A stretch of 64,000 nucleotides of DNA, from contig OZ245760.1 in NCBI GenBank assembly GCA_965227695.1, positions 88,580 to 152,579 on the forward strand, written 5' to 3'. A program made the translations under genes and the position numbers. The stretch is from Gammaproteobacteria bacterium (lineage in GTDB: Bacteria > Pseudomonadota > Gammaproteobacteria > UBA4575). Under the pieces are notes generated by a model. That model saw only the letters and a list, made by a program, of their open reading frames with translations, was not told the DNA's origin and made no database searches. Position 1 is the first letter of the stretch; each line of letters begins with the position of its first letter. Shown here one piece after another: positions 62,274 to 64,000 of this stretch.

Positions 62274-62789
62274 ATGAGTCGACCATCCCGCTTCACTTAC
62301 AATGAACTTCTTGCCTGCGGACATGGAGACATGTTTGGCCCGGGTAATGCGCAATTACCCACACCCAACATGCTGATGATGGACCGTATCACCACCATTA
62401 ATGAAGATGGCGGTCAATATAAAAAAGGCAAAATAATCGCGGAACTGGACATTAAACCTGAACTGTGGTTTTTTGAGTGCCATTTTCCAGGTGACCCGGT
62501 GATGCCTGGCTGCCTGGGTCTTGATGCCATGTGGCAGTTGGTCGGATTTTACCTTGCCTGGCGTGATAATCCCGGTAAAGGACGTGCTTTAGGCGTTGGT
62601 GAAGTGAAATTCAGCGGCCAGGTGTTGCCTTCTGCAAAGAAAGTGACCTACGAAATTGATATCAAAAGGGTCATCACACGCGGGGTTTCACTGGGTATTG
62701 CTGATGGAATCATGCTGGTTGATGATCGTGAGATTTATCGTGCGAAAGATTTACGGGTAGGACTGTTCACATCAACGGATGATTTTTAG
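62274..62789 (+). CDS. fabA: 3-hydroxydecanoyl-ACP dehydratase/isomerase
   Basis: Active-site [22 protein letters not shown] closely matches FabA. Confidence 0.9.
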   Translation: MSRPSRFTYNELLACGHGDMFGPGNAQLPTPNMLMMDRITTINEDGGQYKKGKIIAELDIKPELWFFECHFPGDPVMPGCLGLDAMWQLVGFYLAWRDNPGKGRALGVGEVKFSGQVLPSAKKVTYEIDIKRVITRGVSLGIADGIMLVDDREIYRAKDLRVGLFTSTDDF

Positions 62790-62837
62790 CCATATACTTC
62801 ATGCCCATATGCACCTTAAACGTGAAACTCTGTTGAA

Positions 62838-64000
62838 TTAAAATGCATGTCCCGGTCCCAGAGGCCACGCCATAAACACCCATAAAGACAGCAACATCAA
62901 CCAGCCAGCAAGAAAAGCCATGCTGTAGGGCAGAGTCAGGCTGATCAATGTGCCAATACCGGCATGGCGCTGATATTTCTGTAGCATTGCCAATATTATT
63001 ACCATATATGGATTCAGTGGCGTGATCACATTTGTCACCGAATCACCGATACGATAGGCCACTTGTGTTAACTCAGGCGCAACACCCGCCTGCATCAGCA
63101 TAGGCACGAACACGGGCGCCATAAATGCATATTTCGCAGACATGGAACCTATCAGCATATTGCCAAGACAGGCCAGCAAAACAAACCCAAGTATTAATAG
63201 GGTGACATCTATTTGCAAAGAAGACAGCCAGCTACCACCCGACAGGGCAAGCATCTCTCCGAGTCGAGTATACTTAAATACTGCAATAAACTGTGACGCA
63301 AAAAATGCCAAAACAATATAGGGGCCCAGGTCGGCAAGTGTATCCGCAAGATGACGGGCCATCTGTTTGCCACTGGTAACCGTGTTGGCACGCCACCCGT
63401 ACACCACTGCGGGGACTATAAATAAAATAAATAACAGCGGGACGGTGACCTCAACCCAGCGGGCAAATCGCGCCCCCTGCCCATACAGGGGTGCACCCGG
63501 GATATTCGCAGCCATGACGACCAGGCAAAGCAACGACAAAAATACCAAAGCCGCACTTAGCAGGGCCTGTTTTTGGCATGAATCGAGTAAAGGAACAGAT
63601 ATTGAATCACACCCGGGGCCTTGCTCGAATTTTCTGGTTTGTGGTTCCACCCAGTATACTGTCACCCACCAGCCGACCAGTGTGAGCATCACTGTCGAGG
63701 CGATCATAAACCACCAGTTACTGGTGACGGCCACCTGGTAATCAGCATCCAGCAATTGTGCCGCAGACTCTGTGAAGCCAGCCAGCAAAGGATCAATACT
63801 GGTGATAAACAGATTGGCGCCAAACCCGGCAGACACGCCCGCAAAAGCGGCCACAATTCCAAGCACCGGTGAATAACCCATCGACATAAACAGTACTGCC
63901 GCGATTGGCGGTAATACGACATAGCCAGCATCCAGTGCAAGTGAAGACATGATGCCAACAAATATAATCGCCGGAATCAGGTAAGCCTGCTTAATCGCCC
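62838..64000 (-). CDS. AbgT-family transporter (p-aminobenzoyl-glutamate/MtrF family), N-terminus beyond window edge
   Basis: C-terminal LPYSMAFLAGWLMLLSLWVFMAWPLGPG matches AbgT C-terminus; frame stays open to position 64000. Confidence 0.75.
   Translation of the reverse strand, partial: AIKQAYLIPAIIFVGIMSSLALDAGYVVLPPIAAVLFMSMGYSPVLGIVAAFAGVSAGFGANLFITSIDPLLAGFTESAAQLLDADYQVAVTSNWWFMIASTVMLTLVGWWVTVYWVEPQTRKFEQGPGCDSISVPLLDSCQKQALLSAALVFLSLLCLVVMAANIPGAPLYGQGARFARWVEVTVPLLFILFIVPAVVYGWRANTVTSGKQMARHLADTLADLGPYIVLAFFASQFIAVFKYTRLGEMLALSGGSWLSSLQIDVTLLILGFVLLACLGNMLIGSMSAKYAFMAPVFVPMLMQAGVAPELTQVAYRIGDSVTNVITPLNPYMVIILAMLQKYQRHAGIGTLISLTLPYSMAFLAGWLMLLSLWVFMAWPLGPGHAF

Overview
The window is a 64-kb stretch of what looks like a gammaproteobacterial chromosome (inference from gene content and synteny). 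It is densely coded and I see no rRNA, tRNA, CRISPR, transposase or prophage signatures. The backbone is conserved housekeeping synteny: degS-like protease; hisC-hisD-(aroG-like)-hisG; murA; mlaFEDCB; yrbG-kdsD-kdsC-lptC-lptA-lptB-rpoN-hpf-ptsN-hprK-rapZ-EIIA-ptsO-ptsI; mgtE; dcd; apbC/metG; nth; rimO; nrdAB; dinB; fabA; abgT (partial). Several accessory islands of poorly characterised genes sit inside this backbone. The most striking is a compact four-gene locus at about 32.06-35.0 kb. It encodes (i) a Sec-signal-peptide precursor whose mature part is about 12 tandem Gly-Lys-Cys-Gly-Glu pentapeptides, (ii) a DoxX-family membrane protein, (iii) a DUF692 protein of the multinuclear non-heme iron oxidase (MNIO) type, and (iv) a DUF2063 partner. 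This is the architecture of MNIO-dependent RiPP metallophore systems (methanobactin MbnBC, bufferin BufABCD), but with a distinctive Cys-repeat precursor, and I take it to be the candidate novel or poorly described system. Other items worth a second look: a retropepsin-like protease / 7TM-transglutaminase / RimK-like ATP-grasp trio; a cytoplasmic molybdopterin oxidoreductase translationally coupled to an FNR-like flavoprotein with a 2x[4Fe-4S] tail; a membrane-anchored protein built from five H-x-G-F-S-G-S-M-x-D-Y repeats; a cryptic 54-aa ribbon-helix-helix-like gene with ATATAC direct repeats in an 860-bp intergenic gap; a cysteine-less IscA/HesB-like protein next to a NarX/NarL-type two-component pair and a rhodanese; and an AlkB-family hydroxylase divergent from a MerR/B12-binding regulator. 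All calls come from reading the supplied ORF translations and the raw sequence by eye. No database searches were run.
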